Virus record (IMG/VR): IMGVR_UViG_3300032291_002524
Location: 42,316-106,315 of that record
Direction: 5' to 3' (one strand)
From: a virus
DNA length: 64,000 bases
Notes under the pieces: generated by a model
What the model saw: only the letters and a program-made list of their open reading frames with translations
What the model was told of the DNA's origin: nothing
The model's database searches: none
Part shown: in pieces, positions 30,223 through 38,865 of the stretch
Position numbering within the stretch: the first letter of the stretch is position 1
Layout of the letters: the number at the start of each line of letters is the position of its first letter
Program-made: the position numbers and the translations under genes

Positions 30223-30801
30223 ATGAAAAAAGAATATAATCAATGGTATTGGAAATTATATAGATGGTTTAAGTGGGACGCAAAACATCTCCATAGAGAT
30301 GTAATTATAGGGGTTAAAAACCTTTGGAAATGGTTTCCTATTATTTGGAAAGACCGTGATTGGGATGATTTTTATATTTTTGAAGCTCTGAAACATAAGA
30401 TTAAAAATACTGCCGATTATACAGAAAAAAAACAAAGGTTTGTTGGTTGGGAAAAGGAAGTACGTTATATGAGAATATCCGTAAAGTTAATAGATAAGAT
30501 TCAAGATGAATTTTATTCGGCAGAATACTGTAACTATTTTGATATGGATGTTTCTTTCACCCCATCTAAAAATCACAAGGATTCATTTGAAGTCGATACT
30601 ACCATAAATAATGATAATGTTGACAAGTACATTTCAATGTACCCCCACGCTTATCGTAGGTTAATGAATGATAAGAATTTAATAAACTTTCAAAAAAGTT
30701 CTCGTTCAGTTGCTATGGGTATGGGTATTATACGTCATCGTAAAGCGAAAAAACTTCTTTTTAAGATATTAGAAGAAAGAATAGAAAATTGGTGGGATTA
30801 A
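30223..30801 (+). CDS. Conserved Trp-rich phage hypothetical protein
   Basis: WFPIIWKDRDWD...WWD. Confidence 0.7.
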   Translation: MKKEYNQWYWKLYRWFKWDAKHLHRDVIIGVKNLWKWFPIIWKDRDWDDFYIFEALKHKIKNTADYTEKKQRFVGWEKEVRYMRISVKLIDKIQDEFYSAEYCNYFDMDVSFTPSKNHKDSFEVDTTINNDNVDKYISMYPHAYRRLMNDKNLINFQKSSRSVAMGMGIIRHRKAKKLLFKILEERIENWWD

Positions 30802-30821
30802 ATAATTATAATAAAAAGAAA

Positions 30822-31250
30822 ATGAAAATGAAAAAATTATACTTGGACGATGTTAGAATACCTCGTCATTCATATCCGGCAATGTCAAGAAGAATTGGTT
30901 CAGATTCTGCCATATATCAAAATGATGATTGGAATATTGTTAGGACATATGATGAATTTGTAAATTGGATTAGTGAAAATGGGTTACCTGATATTGTGTC
31001 ATTCGACCACGACTTGGCGGATGAACACATTCAATATTATTTTGATAATGGTGGTAACGCAAACCCACCTGACCCCCAAAAAACAACTTTTGAGGAAAAA
31101 ACGGGGTATGATTGTGCTAAATGGTTGGTAGATTATTGTGTTAAAACGCAACAAAAATTACCTGAATATTTGGTTCATTCTGCAAATCCTGTTGGTGGAT
31201 ATAATATCTTGACGTATCTAAACAACGCAAAAAAACACACGAACATCTAA
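30822..31250 (+). CDS. Cyclic-phosphate-processing receiver-like domain protein
   Basis: LYLDDVR.P, VR.YDEF, SFDHDL, TGYDCAKWL, HSANPVG. Confidence 0.8.
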   Translation: MKMKKLYLDDVRIPRHSYPAMSRRIGSDSAIYQNDDWNIVRTYDEFVNWISENGLPDIVSFDHDLADEHIQYYFDNGGNANPPDPQKTTFEEKTGYDCAKWLVDYCVKTQQKLPEYLVHSANPVGGYNILTYLNNAKKHTNI

Positions 31251-31525
31251 TGGAAGTTCTTAAGGATGGTGACATATTGCAGGAAAGTGATAAGGTTAAA
31301 AAAATACATATTAACCAGCATAACATTCGTTCAAATAAAACGAAAGAAACTGACCTTCCTGTAATCACCATTAAAATAGGTAGTAAAAACTATTATTGTA
31401 ATGAAATAGAAATTATGGGACCATCCAAAGTTATCTATTGCGGTAGTGGTAACCAAAAACCGTTGATGAGTTGTGGGGCCAGAGTGGTAATTGAAACAAC
31501 ATCAGAAATAAAAATTAAAAAATAA
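31250..31525 (+). CDS. Conserved phage hypothetical protein
   Basis: IHINQH.IR.N...PVITIK...LMSCGARVVIET. Confidence 0.7.
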   Translation: MEVLKDGDILQESDKVKKIHINQHNIRSNKTKETDLPVITIKIGSKNYYCNEIEIMGPSKVIYCGSGNQKPLMSCGARVVIETTSEIKIKK

Positions 31526-31548
31526 TTTGACACTTAAAGAAACTTTTG

Positions 31549-31556
31549 TATCTTTG
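31549..31556 (+). promoter_or_regulatory. Bacteroidota sigma-A -7 box TAnnTTTG (representative; also 3178, 8403, 9034, 18345, 29514, 32015, 38854, 40324, 42835, 43880, 44013)
   Basis: TATCTTTG with TTTG about 20 nt upstream; the motif recurs just before gene or RNA starts. Confidence 0.8.
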
Positions 31557-31587
31557 TATCATATTTAGAAAGAAAGGAAATAATAAA

Positions 31588-31748
31588 ATGACACTCGTGA
31601 AAAAACATATTGTGAAATCGTTTATTCAGTTATGTAATAACTGGTATATTCGCTTGTCAATAAGTTCGGGTGTTGTTGTATAACAACTTTTAGCCTTAAA
31701 TAAGGAAACCCGAACTCACAAGGTTCGGGTTTTTTTTGTTCTTTGACA
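31588..31748 (+). promoter_or_regulatory. Leader-peptide attenuator plus boxA before tRNA array 1
   Basis: 31-aa uORF 31588-31683 contains AGTTCGGGT, complementary to the terminator 5' arm ACCCGAACT; terminator 31706-31737; GTTCTTTGACA at 31738-31748. Confidence 0.75.
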
Positions 31749-31765
31749 TGTTGGTAACCAAAAAT

Positions 31766-31838
31766 GGGGTAGTGGCAGATGAGGTCATTGCGACGGACTG
31801 AAAATCCGTAGGAACAGGCTCGATACCTGTCTACCCCA
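31766..31838 (+). tRNA. tRNA-Phe(GAA)
   Basis: Cloverleaf; ACGGA-CTGAAAA-TCCGT. Confidence 0.9.
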
Positions 31839-31844
31839 CAATAT

Positions 31845-31922
31845 TGGGATATAGCTCAGTTGGTTTAGAGCATCTGTCTGATACACAGAAGGTCATCGGT
31901 TCAAGTCCGGTTATCCCAACCA
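31845..31922 (+). tRNA. tRNA-Ile(GAT)
   Basis: TCTGT-CTGATAC-ACAGA; CCA encoded. Confidence 0.93.
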
Positions 31923-31927
31923 TATAT

Positions 31928-32003
31928 TGTCCTGTGGTGTAATTGGCAACACATCTCACTTTGACTGAGAAGAGTCCAGGTTCGAACCCTGGCGGGATAA
32001 CCA
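31928..32003 (+). tRNA. tRNA-Gln(TTG)
   Basis: TCTCA-CTTTGAC-TGAGA; CCA encoded. Confidence 0.93.
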
Positions 32004-32026
32004 AAAAAAAGTATTATATTTGTAAT

Positions 32027-32587
32027 ATGAAAATAAACAGAAAGGACCTAAATTGGTTTCTCCAAAACATCCGTAGGGGAAATGAGGGTCAGGAACTAAC
32101 GGATGAACAGTTGGTTGACAAACTGGCTTCCTATATGGAAACCAACCCATCCTGTATTGATATGGAAGGTGTTAGTAATCCTGGTAGGTTTAGTTATTCA
32201 ACTGTTGGTTATGGTGTTTTTTCACTTATGGGTGAAAAATACCGAATGGGTAGAATTGAAATCTTTGATAGTGAAGATGAATCAGGATATGCGGTTAGTG
32301 AAGGTATTTACACAATGCCATTCGTTGCGGCAAGTCAATTTGAAGATTTTATCGAGTCTTTGGAAACTGACCTTCCAATTAATATTGAAATTGGGTCTCA
32401 TAAGTGGTGTGAAGATGAATGTGCAAAATCTCTTGGTTTTGAAAATGAGGAAGAGATGAGAAACCCTGAAAAAGTGAAAGAATATCGTAGAAAGAAAAAC
32501 GATGAATTTGCACAAGAAGAGGGTTATAAAGATTGGGACGATTTGTTGGCAAACAGTAAATTTGCACCATTAAAAAAAGAAATTTAA
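32027..32587 (+). CDS. Hypothetical protein
   Basis: Start moved past the tRNA to the ATG after TATATTTG. Confidence 0.7.
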   Translation: MKINRKDLNWFLQNIRRGNEGQELTDEQLVDKLASYMETNPSCIDMEGVSNPGRFSYSTVGYGVFSLMGEKYRMGRIEIFDSEDESGYAVSEGIYTMPFVAASQFEDFIESLETDLPINIEIGSHKWCEDECAKSLGFENEEEMRNPEKVKEYRRKKNDEFAQEEGYKDWDDLLANSKFAPLKKEI

Positions 32588-32648
32588 AAAATGTTCATTA
32601 TATTTGTATGTTTATTGTTACTGAACAGATGAATATAATGAACAATAT

Positions 32649-32723
32649 GACTTCGTAGCTCAATTGGTTTAGAGCACCTCACTTTTAATGAGGGGGTTTC
32701 GGGTTCGAGTCCCGACGGGGTCA
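32649..32723 (+). tRNA. tRNA-Lys(TTT)
   Basis: CCTCA-CTTTTAA-TGAGG. Confidence 0.93.
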
Positions 32724-32905
32724 CAAAACACAATGTTGGGTTCCCTAGTGGTAACGGTATGAACTTAAGTAAGTAAGCCACAAGAATCTAGTAAGAAGCG
32801 GAAGATGGGTTCCCCGCGACTAAAGTGTATTACCACCGAGACGTGGCCGACGGGTCCGCTGACGAGCTGAGGAGGTGGTTTAGAAATATCCCTAAATACG
32901 TACCA

Positions 32906-32978
32906 CTTTCCTTAGCTCAGTTGGTAGAGCACTTGGCTTACATCCAAGGTGTCGTTGGTTCGAATCCAGCAGGAAAGA
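32906..32978 (+). tRNA. tRNA-Val(TAC)
   Basis: CTTGG-CTTACAT-CCAAG. Confidence 0.92.
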
Positions 32979-32986
32979 CAAAAAAT

Positions 32987-33067
32987 GAGTCAGTTGAGCA
33001 ATTGGTCCGCTCGCTTGTCTGTAAAACAAGTCCTTCGGGGGTGTAGGTTCGAATCCTACCTGGCTCA
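32987..33067 (+). tRNA. tRNA-Tyr(GTA)
   Basis: CTTGT-CTGTAAA-ACAAG; variable arm CC-TTCG-GG. Confidence 0.9.
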
Positions 33068-33128
33068 CAAACTTATATTTCTCCAAAACTAGTAAAAAAA
33101 GTGAGTTTTGGAGGATTATAAAGTAAAT

Positions 33129-33216
33129 GGTGGGGTTGCAGAGTGGTTGAATGCATCGGTCTGCAAAACCGAAAAACTGAAAACGTTTCACGTGGGTTCA
33201 AATCCCACCTCCACCT
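33129..33216 (+). tRNA. tRNA-Cys(GCA) with an atypical long variable arm
   Basis: TCGGT-CTGCAAA-ACCGA; U73; 19-nt variable region. Confidence 0.85.
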
Positions 33217-33267
33217 CAAATTTATAGTTCAAATATTGATTTTTACTCTTATTGAGTATTTATTTAT

Positions 33268-34011
33268 ATGAAATGGACTGATGATAAAATTGAAAATTTA
33301 ACACGTTTCGTTGAATTGGGTTTTAAACCACAAGAAATTGCAAAAATGTTAAAAACTACTTACAAATCAATTACAAGTAAAATGTTTTTATTAGGATTAA
33401 AAGTTGTTTACACAGAAAAAAAAACATGTAAAAATTGTGATATTCAATTTGACACACATATCACCAACGGTAAAATATTTTGTTCGTCAAGTTGTTCGGC
33501 GATTTACAATAATAAAAAACGTACACTAAGTGATGAAACGAAAAGTAAAATATCCAATACATTAAAAAATAAACCAAAAAAAGACAAACTAATAAAAAAC
33601 AAAATATGTAAAGTATGTAAAGTATGTAAAGTTCGTGAAATTAATGAAAAACATAAAAGGATTTGTAATAACTGTAAATTAGATTATTATGAGTATTACA
33701 GACCTTCGTGTGTTTTTAATTTTAACCCTTACGATTTTCCTGAAGAGTTTAACTTAAATTTAGTAAAAAATAATGGGTGGTACTCACCATCCAACAAAAA
33801 AAATAATTTATATGGTGTGAGTAAAGACCATAAATTATCAATAATGGATGGGTACCGAAATAAAATAAACACAAACATCATATCACATCCGGCAAATTGT
33901 GAATTAATATTATTTTCGGATAATTCAGTAAAAAAAGATAAATCATCAATAACTCTAAATGAATTACTAAAAAAAATTGAGGAGTGGAATGTAAAATATG
34001 GTAAAAGTTAA
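33268..34011 (+). mobile_element. Putative HNH-type homing endonuclease, paralogue of 47693
   Basis: Cys ribbons plus SKDHKLS...ISHPANC...DN..K; inserted in the tRNA array. Confidence 0.65.
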
Positions 34012-34052
34012 TTATTTTTGTTTTAATTTTCACATAAAAACACAAAATACAT

Positions 34053-34128
34053 GGTGGTTATAGTTCAGAGGAAGAACACTTGGTTGTGGTCCAAGATGTC
34101 GTGGGTTCGAGTCCCATTAATCACCCCA
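34053..34128 (+). tRNA. tRNA-His(GTG)
   Basis: G-1, CTTGG-TTGTGGT-CCAAG, C73, CCA. Confidence 0.92.
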
Positions 34129-34134
34129 AAATAC

Positions 34135-34221
34135 GGAAGATTAGCCTAATTGGTAAGGCAGCTGACTTGAAATCAGCCGTTACGTGAAAGCGTATTGTGG
34201 GTTCGAGTCCTACATCTTCCG
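34135..34221 (+). tRNA. tRNA-Ser(TGA)
   Basis: GCTGA-CTTGAAA-TCAGC; long variable arm. Confidence 0.93.
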
Positions 34222-34268
34222 CAATATGAAAAAGGAAAATGACTTCTATTGACTAAACTCAATAGAAT

Positions 34269-34490
34269 ATGTCAACAAACAGAAAACGAACTAAATTAAA
34301 ATTCGCGGAATGTGGTAGAGATTATCACATACTTTCCCTAAACGAATGGTACCCTCTTTATTGGGATGAAGGGTACAACTTTTATCCTTATTGGAGAAGA
34401 GGTTTTAAAAATCCCAACAAAACAATTCCAATCTTCAAAGTACGTGAGTACAGAACTTGGAAACACAACAGAAAAACACAGTGGAAGTAA
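34269..34490 (+). CDS. Small basic hypothetical protein
   Basis: Ends RTWKHNRKTQWK, a tail type common in phage tRNA regions. Confidence 0.6.
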   Translation: MSTNRKRTKLKFAECGRDYHILSLNEWYPLYWDEGYNFYPYWRRGFKNPNKTIPIFKVREYRTWKHNRKTQWK

Positions 34491-34501
34491 TTCCACTATT
34501 T

Positions 34502-34576
34502 GGTTCCTTAGTTTAATTGGATAAAACATCTCGATACGGACGAGAAGATGTGGGGGTTCGAGTCCCTCAGGAATCA
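34502..34576 (+). tRNA. tRNA-Arg(ACG)
   Basis: TCTCG-ATACGGA-CGAGA. Confidence 0.88.
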
Positions 34577-34582
34577 CAACAC

Positions 34583-34654
34583 ACGGATGTAGCTCAGGGG
34601 CAGAGCACTTGTCTCCAAAACAAGGTGTCGGGATATCGTAATTCTCCATCCGTG
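34583..34654 (+). tRNA. tRNA-Trp(CCA)
   Basis: CTTGT-CTCCAAA-ACAAG; deviant T-loop ATCGTAA. Confidence 0.85.
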
Positions 34655-34660
34655 CTAAAT

Positions 34661-34734
34661 GCCGAGGTAGCTCAATTGGTTAGAGCGTCTGTTTCATACG
34701 CAGAAGGTCAGCGGTTCGACTCCGCTCCTCGGTA
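34661..34734 (+). tRNA. tRNA-Met(CAT), elongator
   Basis: TCTGT-TTCATAC-GCAGA. Confidence 0.9.
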
Positions 34735-34803
34735 CAAAAAATATAATTTGATAATTCGAAATTTTATAATTAATTTTTTTATTGTTGTTTTTTAAAAGAT
34801 ATT

Positions 34804-34982
34804 GGTTGGTGGCATAGATGCGTAGATTGATAAGCGTGGAGAGACGTGACGCGAGGGTACACACTAAGGATAGGTTGACAATCTTAATTGTATTGTTGTA
34901 AATCCCGACTCTCTAATGGTGTGTGAAGCTTAGTACTTCAGTGTACGGGCAAGATTCCTGATAAAGTCAATCACTACCAACC
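34804..34982 (+). ncRNA. Unassigned structured RNA, about 180 nt
   Basis: Ends pair (GGTTGGTGG/CTACCAACC); GC above background; no ORF. Confidence 0.55.
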
Positions 34983-34987
34983 TAAAT

Positions 34988-35068
34988 GCCGAAGTGGTGG
35001 AACGGTAGACACGAATGCCTTAGAAGCATTTGCTATATGGTGTGTGGGTTCGAATCCCACCTTCGGTA
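34988..35068 (+). tRNA. tRNA-Leu(TAG)
   Basis: AATGC-CTTAGAA-GCATT; variable arm present. Confidence 0.92.
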
Positions 35069-35079
35069 CAAATATGAAT

Positions 35080-35163
35080 TGGCATGTCGCTCAGAGGCCG
35101 AGAGCATCAGGCTGTTAACCTGACTGGGAAACCACACCGTAGGTTCGAATCCTACCATGTCAG
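35080..35163 (+). tRNA. tRNA-Asn(GTT) with an atypical long variable arm
   Basis: TCAGG-CTGTTAA-CCTGA; TGG-GAAA-CCA arm. Confidence 0.87.
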
Positions 35164-35206
35164 CAATAATTTTTCATAAGTCAAATATTTGTTTTATATT
35201 TGTAAT

Positions 35207-35683
35207 ATGGAAAAGGGGTTTATATCAGCATCGAAAGCAATTAAAGGATATACCGAATCTATGATTGCCAAGTCTGAAAACAACGATTGTGTTGTTAGAG
35301 CAATCGCATCGGCATCTGAAATGGATTATAATTCCGCACATCAATTCGTTAAAGAAACATTCAATAGAGAAAATGGTAGGCCAACATTTGGATTCGGTAC
35401 TGGTATGAATTTGTTATCAAAAAATGGTAAACAAATTAACGGTAAAAACGTTCAAATTATTTCTGAAGAATATAACACCATGTCGTATTATGTGGTAGTC
35501 AAAGGTGTTAAAAAATTAAGAGCAACAACAACATCAACATTTATCAAAAAATATCCGGTTGGTACTTATGTGGTACTTGTTAGAGGTCACGCATTTACTA
35601 TCAAAGATGGAATTGTTATTGGTAACCCCGATGACAGTAAAAAAATGAAAAAACATATCGTAAGGGTTTGGAAAATTGGATAA
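35207..35683 (+). CDS. Hypothetical protein, possibly papain-like (DCVVRA...GH)
   Basis: NDCVVRAIA and RGHAF.I.DG. Confidence 0.6.
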   Translation: MEKGFISASKAIKGYTESMIAKSENNDCVVRAIASASEMDYNSAHQFVKETFNRENGRPTFGFGTGMNLLSKNGKQINGKNVQIISEEYNTMSYYVVVKGVKKLRATTTSTFIKKYPVGTYVVLVRGHAFTIKDGIVIGNPDDSKKMKKHIVRVWKIG

Positions 35684-35710
35684 TATGTTTTAACTTTGTA
35701 TAACAATAAT

Positions 35711-35788
35711 GGTGTCGGTAGCTCAGTAGGTAGAGCAACGGCTTGAAACACCGTGTGCCGAGTGGTTCGATTCCCTCCCACACCACCA
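35711..35788 (+). tRNA. Divergent tRNA, probably Phe(GAA)
   Basis: D and T arms and CCA present; bulged acceptor and a C-A mismatch in the anticodon stem. Confidence 0.6.
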
Positions 35789-35791
35789 AAT

Positions 35792-35923
35792 AATTAGATG
35801 GGCGTAATGAGGGAGGGTCCCGAGTCCCCAAGACACCACGGTCCATAACCATTTGGATGCGAGACGTTGTAAGGTAGTCTAATCCGTCCTGAACGGTATC
35901 CGGTTCGAGTCCGGCTCTGATTA
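35792..35923 (+). ncRNA. Diverged tRNA-shell RNA with a large internal insert
   Basis: Acceptor AATTAGA/TCTGATT-A (covariant with AGTCAGG/CCTGACT), T-arm CCGG-TTCGAGT-CCGG. Confidence 0.6.
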
Positions 35924-35999
35924 TGAACTAACCCAGTTTTCACAATGAAGGCCAATACCTTCGGAGTGGGGGTGACGGTCAGGAAAGACTGACAAACAT

Positions 36000-36112
36000 A
36001 GTCAGGTGGCGGAATGGTAGACGCTTAAGGTCATAAGGTATAGTACATAGCTCCGTATTAAAGAGTCAGTTGCCGAATCTATACCATACAGGTTCGAATC
36101 CTGTCTTGACTG
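36000..36112 (+). ncRNA. tRNA-shell RNA copy 1 (63-nt cargo)
   Basis: AGTCAGGTGGCGGAATGGTAGACGC...ACAGGTTCGAATCCTGTCTTGACTG. Confidence 0.85.
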
Positions 36113-36248
36113 CAGACTCTCATCTATAGCTGTGTAGAGAACTGATGAGTATTGTTGGAGGACACAGACCTCACGAACATTGGTTTAGGGCAAACGTAGG
36201 ACCCCTATCACAAAGAGTACCAACCCATAGGGTAAAGCTCTTTAAAAT

Positions 36249-36326
36249 AGTCAGGTGGCGGAATGGATAGACGCAACCACATAAGTGGTCAAACCGGTAC
36301 TACAGGTTCGAATCCTGTCCTGACTA
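36249..36326 (+). ncRNA. tRNA-shell RNA copy 2 (27-nt cargo, 4-nt loop in place of the anticodon loop)
   Basis: Same 5' and 3' shell; ACCAC-ATAA-GTGGT. Confidence 0.85.
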
Positions 36327-36466
36327 CGCTCCTTTCTGGCGTTTTTAACAATAGGACGTGGTACAGATGCACCAGATGGATGTACCAACCCAGCATCAGG
36401 GACTTGGCAAGTTTTCGGTAGCCAATCAGATGTAACCGATGACAGCTCGGAAAGTACGAGCAATAT

Positions 36467-36535
36467 ACCGAAGTAGTGTATGGAGCACGTTGGGAGGCTT
36501 TTCCCAAAAGAATTGGGTCGCAACCAATCTCGGTA
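36467..36535 (+). ncRNA. Degenerate tRNA-like cloverleaf
   Basis: ACCGA/TCGGT, GTG/CAC, TTGGGA/TCCCAA and ATTGG/CCAAT arms; no canonical anticodon loop. Confidence 0.55.
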
Positions 36536-36541
36536 CAAAAT

Positions 36542-36653
36542 AGTCAGGTGGCGGAATGGTAGACGCAAAGATGTTGTGAGTTGGTAGGTAATAACTACTT
36601 GGATGGTGTCCACATTAGAACTCTCTATACAGGTTCAAGTCCTGTCCTGACTA
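36542..36653 (+). ncRNA. tRNA-shell RNA copy 3 (62-nt cargo)
   Basis: Same shell, unrelated interior. Confidence 0.85.
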
Positions 36654-36667
36654 CAAAAAATAAAGAA

Positions 36668-37090
36668 ATGAAAATAACTAAACATAATATACGTGAAATA
36701 ATTGAAAATTATCTTAAATCTAAAAAAATTAAGTATAGTATTGACGATGAGGATAACTTTGGATTGGTGTACGAAATTTACGTAGGGTCATTAGAATGTT
36801 ATTTACAGGTTGAATATGATTTAGAAAAAATAGAAGATGATTATGTTGTTGCTCAATTATTTACGGAAATTGATGATTTGGGTAATTCTCTTTACAGTGT
36901 AACATGGGAAAACGACGAACATCATGATTCCATTGAAAGCGAAATCGATACATTAATTGATGAAACTAAACAGTTAAATAGGGCCGTTATAAAAATTGGT
37001 AAAAAAATTGAAGATATTATTGAAATATGTGAGGAACATGGGTTATCTTCCGAAGATTTTATTCAAATTAACTATGATTTCAATAAGTAG
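36668..37090 (+). CDS. Acidic hypothetical protein
   Basis: Start moved to the ATG after the shell RNA. Confidence 0.65.
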   Translation: MKITKHNIREIIENYLKSKKIKYSIDDEDNFGLVYEIYVGSLECYLQVEYDLEKIEDDYVVAQLFTEIDDLGNSLYSVTWENDEHHDSIESEIDTLIDETKQLNRAVIKIGKKIEDIIEICEEHGLSSEDFIQINYDFNK

Positions 37091-37643
37091 ATTTATAAAA
37101 AATCTTACCACCAACGTGAACCATTTCTCTTATTTCTTCTTCTGAATATTTTTCGGACAATGGGGTCCCTACTATAAACAAATTACCACCAACGGATTGA
37201 AGGTTTCCAAATGATTCGATATTAGTTCCTTGTAAACTCAAAAAACCACCAACGGATTGAAGGTTTCCAAGGAATTCGATATTGGATTCACGTAAATCCA
37301 ACCAGTCACCAACGGATTGAAGAGCACCGAGGGAGTTGATTTTGGTTTCATATAAATCCAAATAACCACCAACTGAGCGAAGGTTTCCAAGGGATTCGAT
37401 TTCGACATATCGTAAATCCAAATAACCACCAACAGAGCGAAGGTTTCCAAGGGATTCGATTTTGGTATCCATCAAATTCAAATCACCATCAATTGTATAT
37501 GGTGGATTTCCTTCGGATTCCAGATATTCTTGCAGAAAATTCCAATCATTATTAAAATATTTGAATGATGGAATATGGTGAACTTCTGGTTTCTCTTGCT
37601 CGATTAATCTTTTATATTGTGATTCGGTGATAATTATTTTCAT
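37080..37643 (-). CDS. 20-aa-repeat LRR-like protein, paralogue A
   Basis: SLGNL.SVGG.L.L repeats; conserved cap HIPS.KYFNNDWNFLQEYLESEGNPPYTID. Confidence 0.85.
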   Translation of the reverse strand: MKIIITESQYKRLIEQEKPEVHHIPSFKYFNNDWNFLQEYLESEGNPPYTIDGDLNLMDTKIESLGNLRSVGGYLDLRYVEIESLGNLRSVGGYLDLYETKINSLGALQSVGDWLDLRESNIEFLGNLQSVGGFLSLQGTNIESFGNLQSVGGNLFIVGTPLSEKYSEEEIREMVHVGGKIFYKSTY

Positions 37644-38317
37644 TGCATATAAATATTACCACTAACATTAACCATTTCTCTTATTTCTTCTTCTGAATAT
37701 TTTTCGGACAATGGAGTTTCACGCAACATCAAATCACCACCAACGGATTGGAGATTTCCTAAAGAGTTGATACTAGTTCGATTTAGATATAACCCATCAC
37801 CAACGGATATTAGACTCCCGAAGGATTTGAGTTGACTGTTGAAGGATACTGTTAAATAACCACCAACGGATTTAAGATTTCCAAGGGATTCGATATTACT
37901 TCCTCGTAAATCCGCCTTACCAATAACATATTGAAGATTTCCAAGGGATTCGATATTAGTACTGCTTAAACTCAAATCACCACCAACGGAGCGAAGATTT
38001 CCAAGGGATTTGATAATAGTCCCATATAATTCCAAATTACCACCAACGGATTGAAGATTTCCAAGGGATTCAATGTCATTTTCAATTAATATCAAATCAC
38101 CACCAACGGAGCGAAGATTTCCAAGGGATTTGATTTTGGTATCTATCAAATCCAAATTACCATCAATTGTATAAGGTGGATTTCCTTCGGATTCCAGATA
38201 TTCTTGCAGAAAATTCCAATCATTGTTAAAATATTTTAATGATGGAATATGAAGAACCTCAGGTTCTTCCTGTTCTATTAATCTTCTATATTGAGATTCA
38301 GTTATTATTATTTTCAT
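37640..38317 (-). CDS. 20-aa-repeat LRR-like protein, paralogue B
   Basis: Same caps with more repeats. Confidence 0.85.
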   Translation of the reverse strand: MKIIITESQYRRLIEQEEPEVLHIPSLKYFNNDWNFLQEYLESEGNPPYTIDGNLDLIDTKIKSLGNLRSVGGDLILIENDIESLGNLQSVGGNLELYGTIIKSLGNLRSVGGDLSLSSTNIESLGNLQYVIGKADLRGSNIESLGNLKSVGGYLTVSFNSQLKSFGSLISVGDGLYLNRTSINSLGNLQSVGGDLMLRETPLSEKYSEEEIREMVNVSGNIYMQ

Positions 38318-38799
38318 TACATATAAATATTACCACCAACCTGAACCATTTGCATTATTTCTTCTTTGGAATGTTTTTTAGATATCTGTGTCTTACGTAA
38401 AAACAAATTACCACCAACGAATTGAAGGTTTCCAAGGGATTGGACTTCAGTTTCTTCTAAATTCATATCATGACCAACGGAGCGAAGGTTTCCGATAGAT
38501 TTGATATTGGATTCAAATAAGACCAAACCACCACCAATGGATTGAAGGTTTCCAAGGGATTCGATTTCGACATATCGTAAATACAAATCACCACCAACGG
38601 TTTGGATATTTCCAAGAGATTTGATTTTGGTTCCATATAAATAGAAATCATCATCAATTGTGTATGGTGGATTTCCTTCAGATTCCAAATATTCTTGCAG
38701 AAAATTCCAATCATTATTAAAATATTTGAATGATGGAATATGGATAACATCCAAGTGCACAGTTTCTTCTTTTAATATTTTCTTAATCAAATATTTCAT
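38317..38799 (-). CDS. 20-aa-repeat LRR-like protein, paralogue C
   Basis: Start moved to MKYLIKKILKEE after the TATTTAT box. Confidence 0.85.
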   Translation of the reverse strand: MKYLIKKILKEETVHLDVIHIPSFKYFNNDWNFLQEYLESEGNPPYTIDDDFYLYGTKIKSLGNIQTVGGDLYLRYVEIESLGNLQSIGGGLVLFESNIKSIGNLRSVGHDMNLEETEVQSLGNLQFVGGNLFLRKTQISKKHSKEEIMQMVQVGGNIYM

Positions 38800-38865
38800 T
38801 AAATATAAATAGTAAAGGAATGATATAATTTTGGATTTGTAATAGAAATTTGTTATCTTTGAATT

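Noticed and set aside
36113-36240. Hammerhead or SAM-I riboswitch around CTGATGAG
   Set aside because: No GAAA core or SAM-I P1-P4 pattern; probably structured but unassignable.
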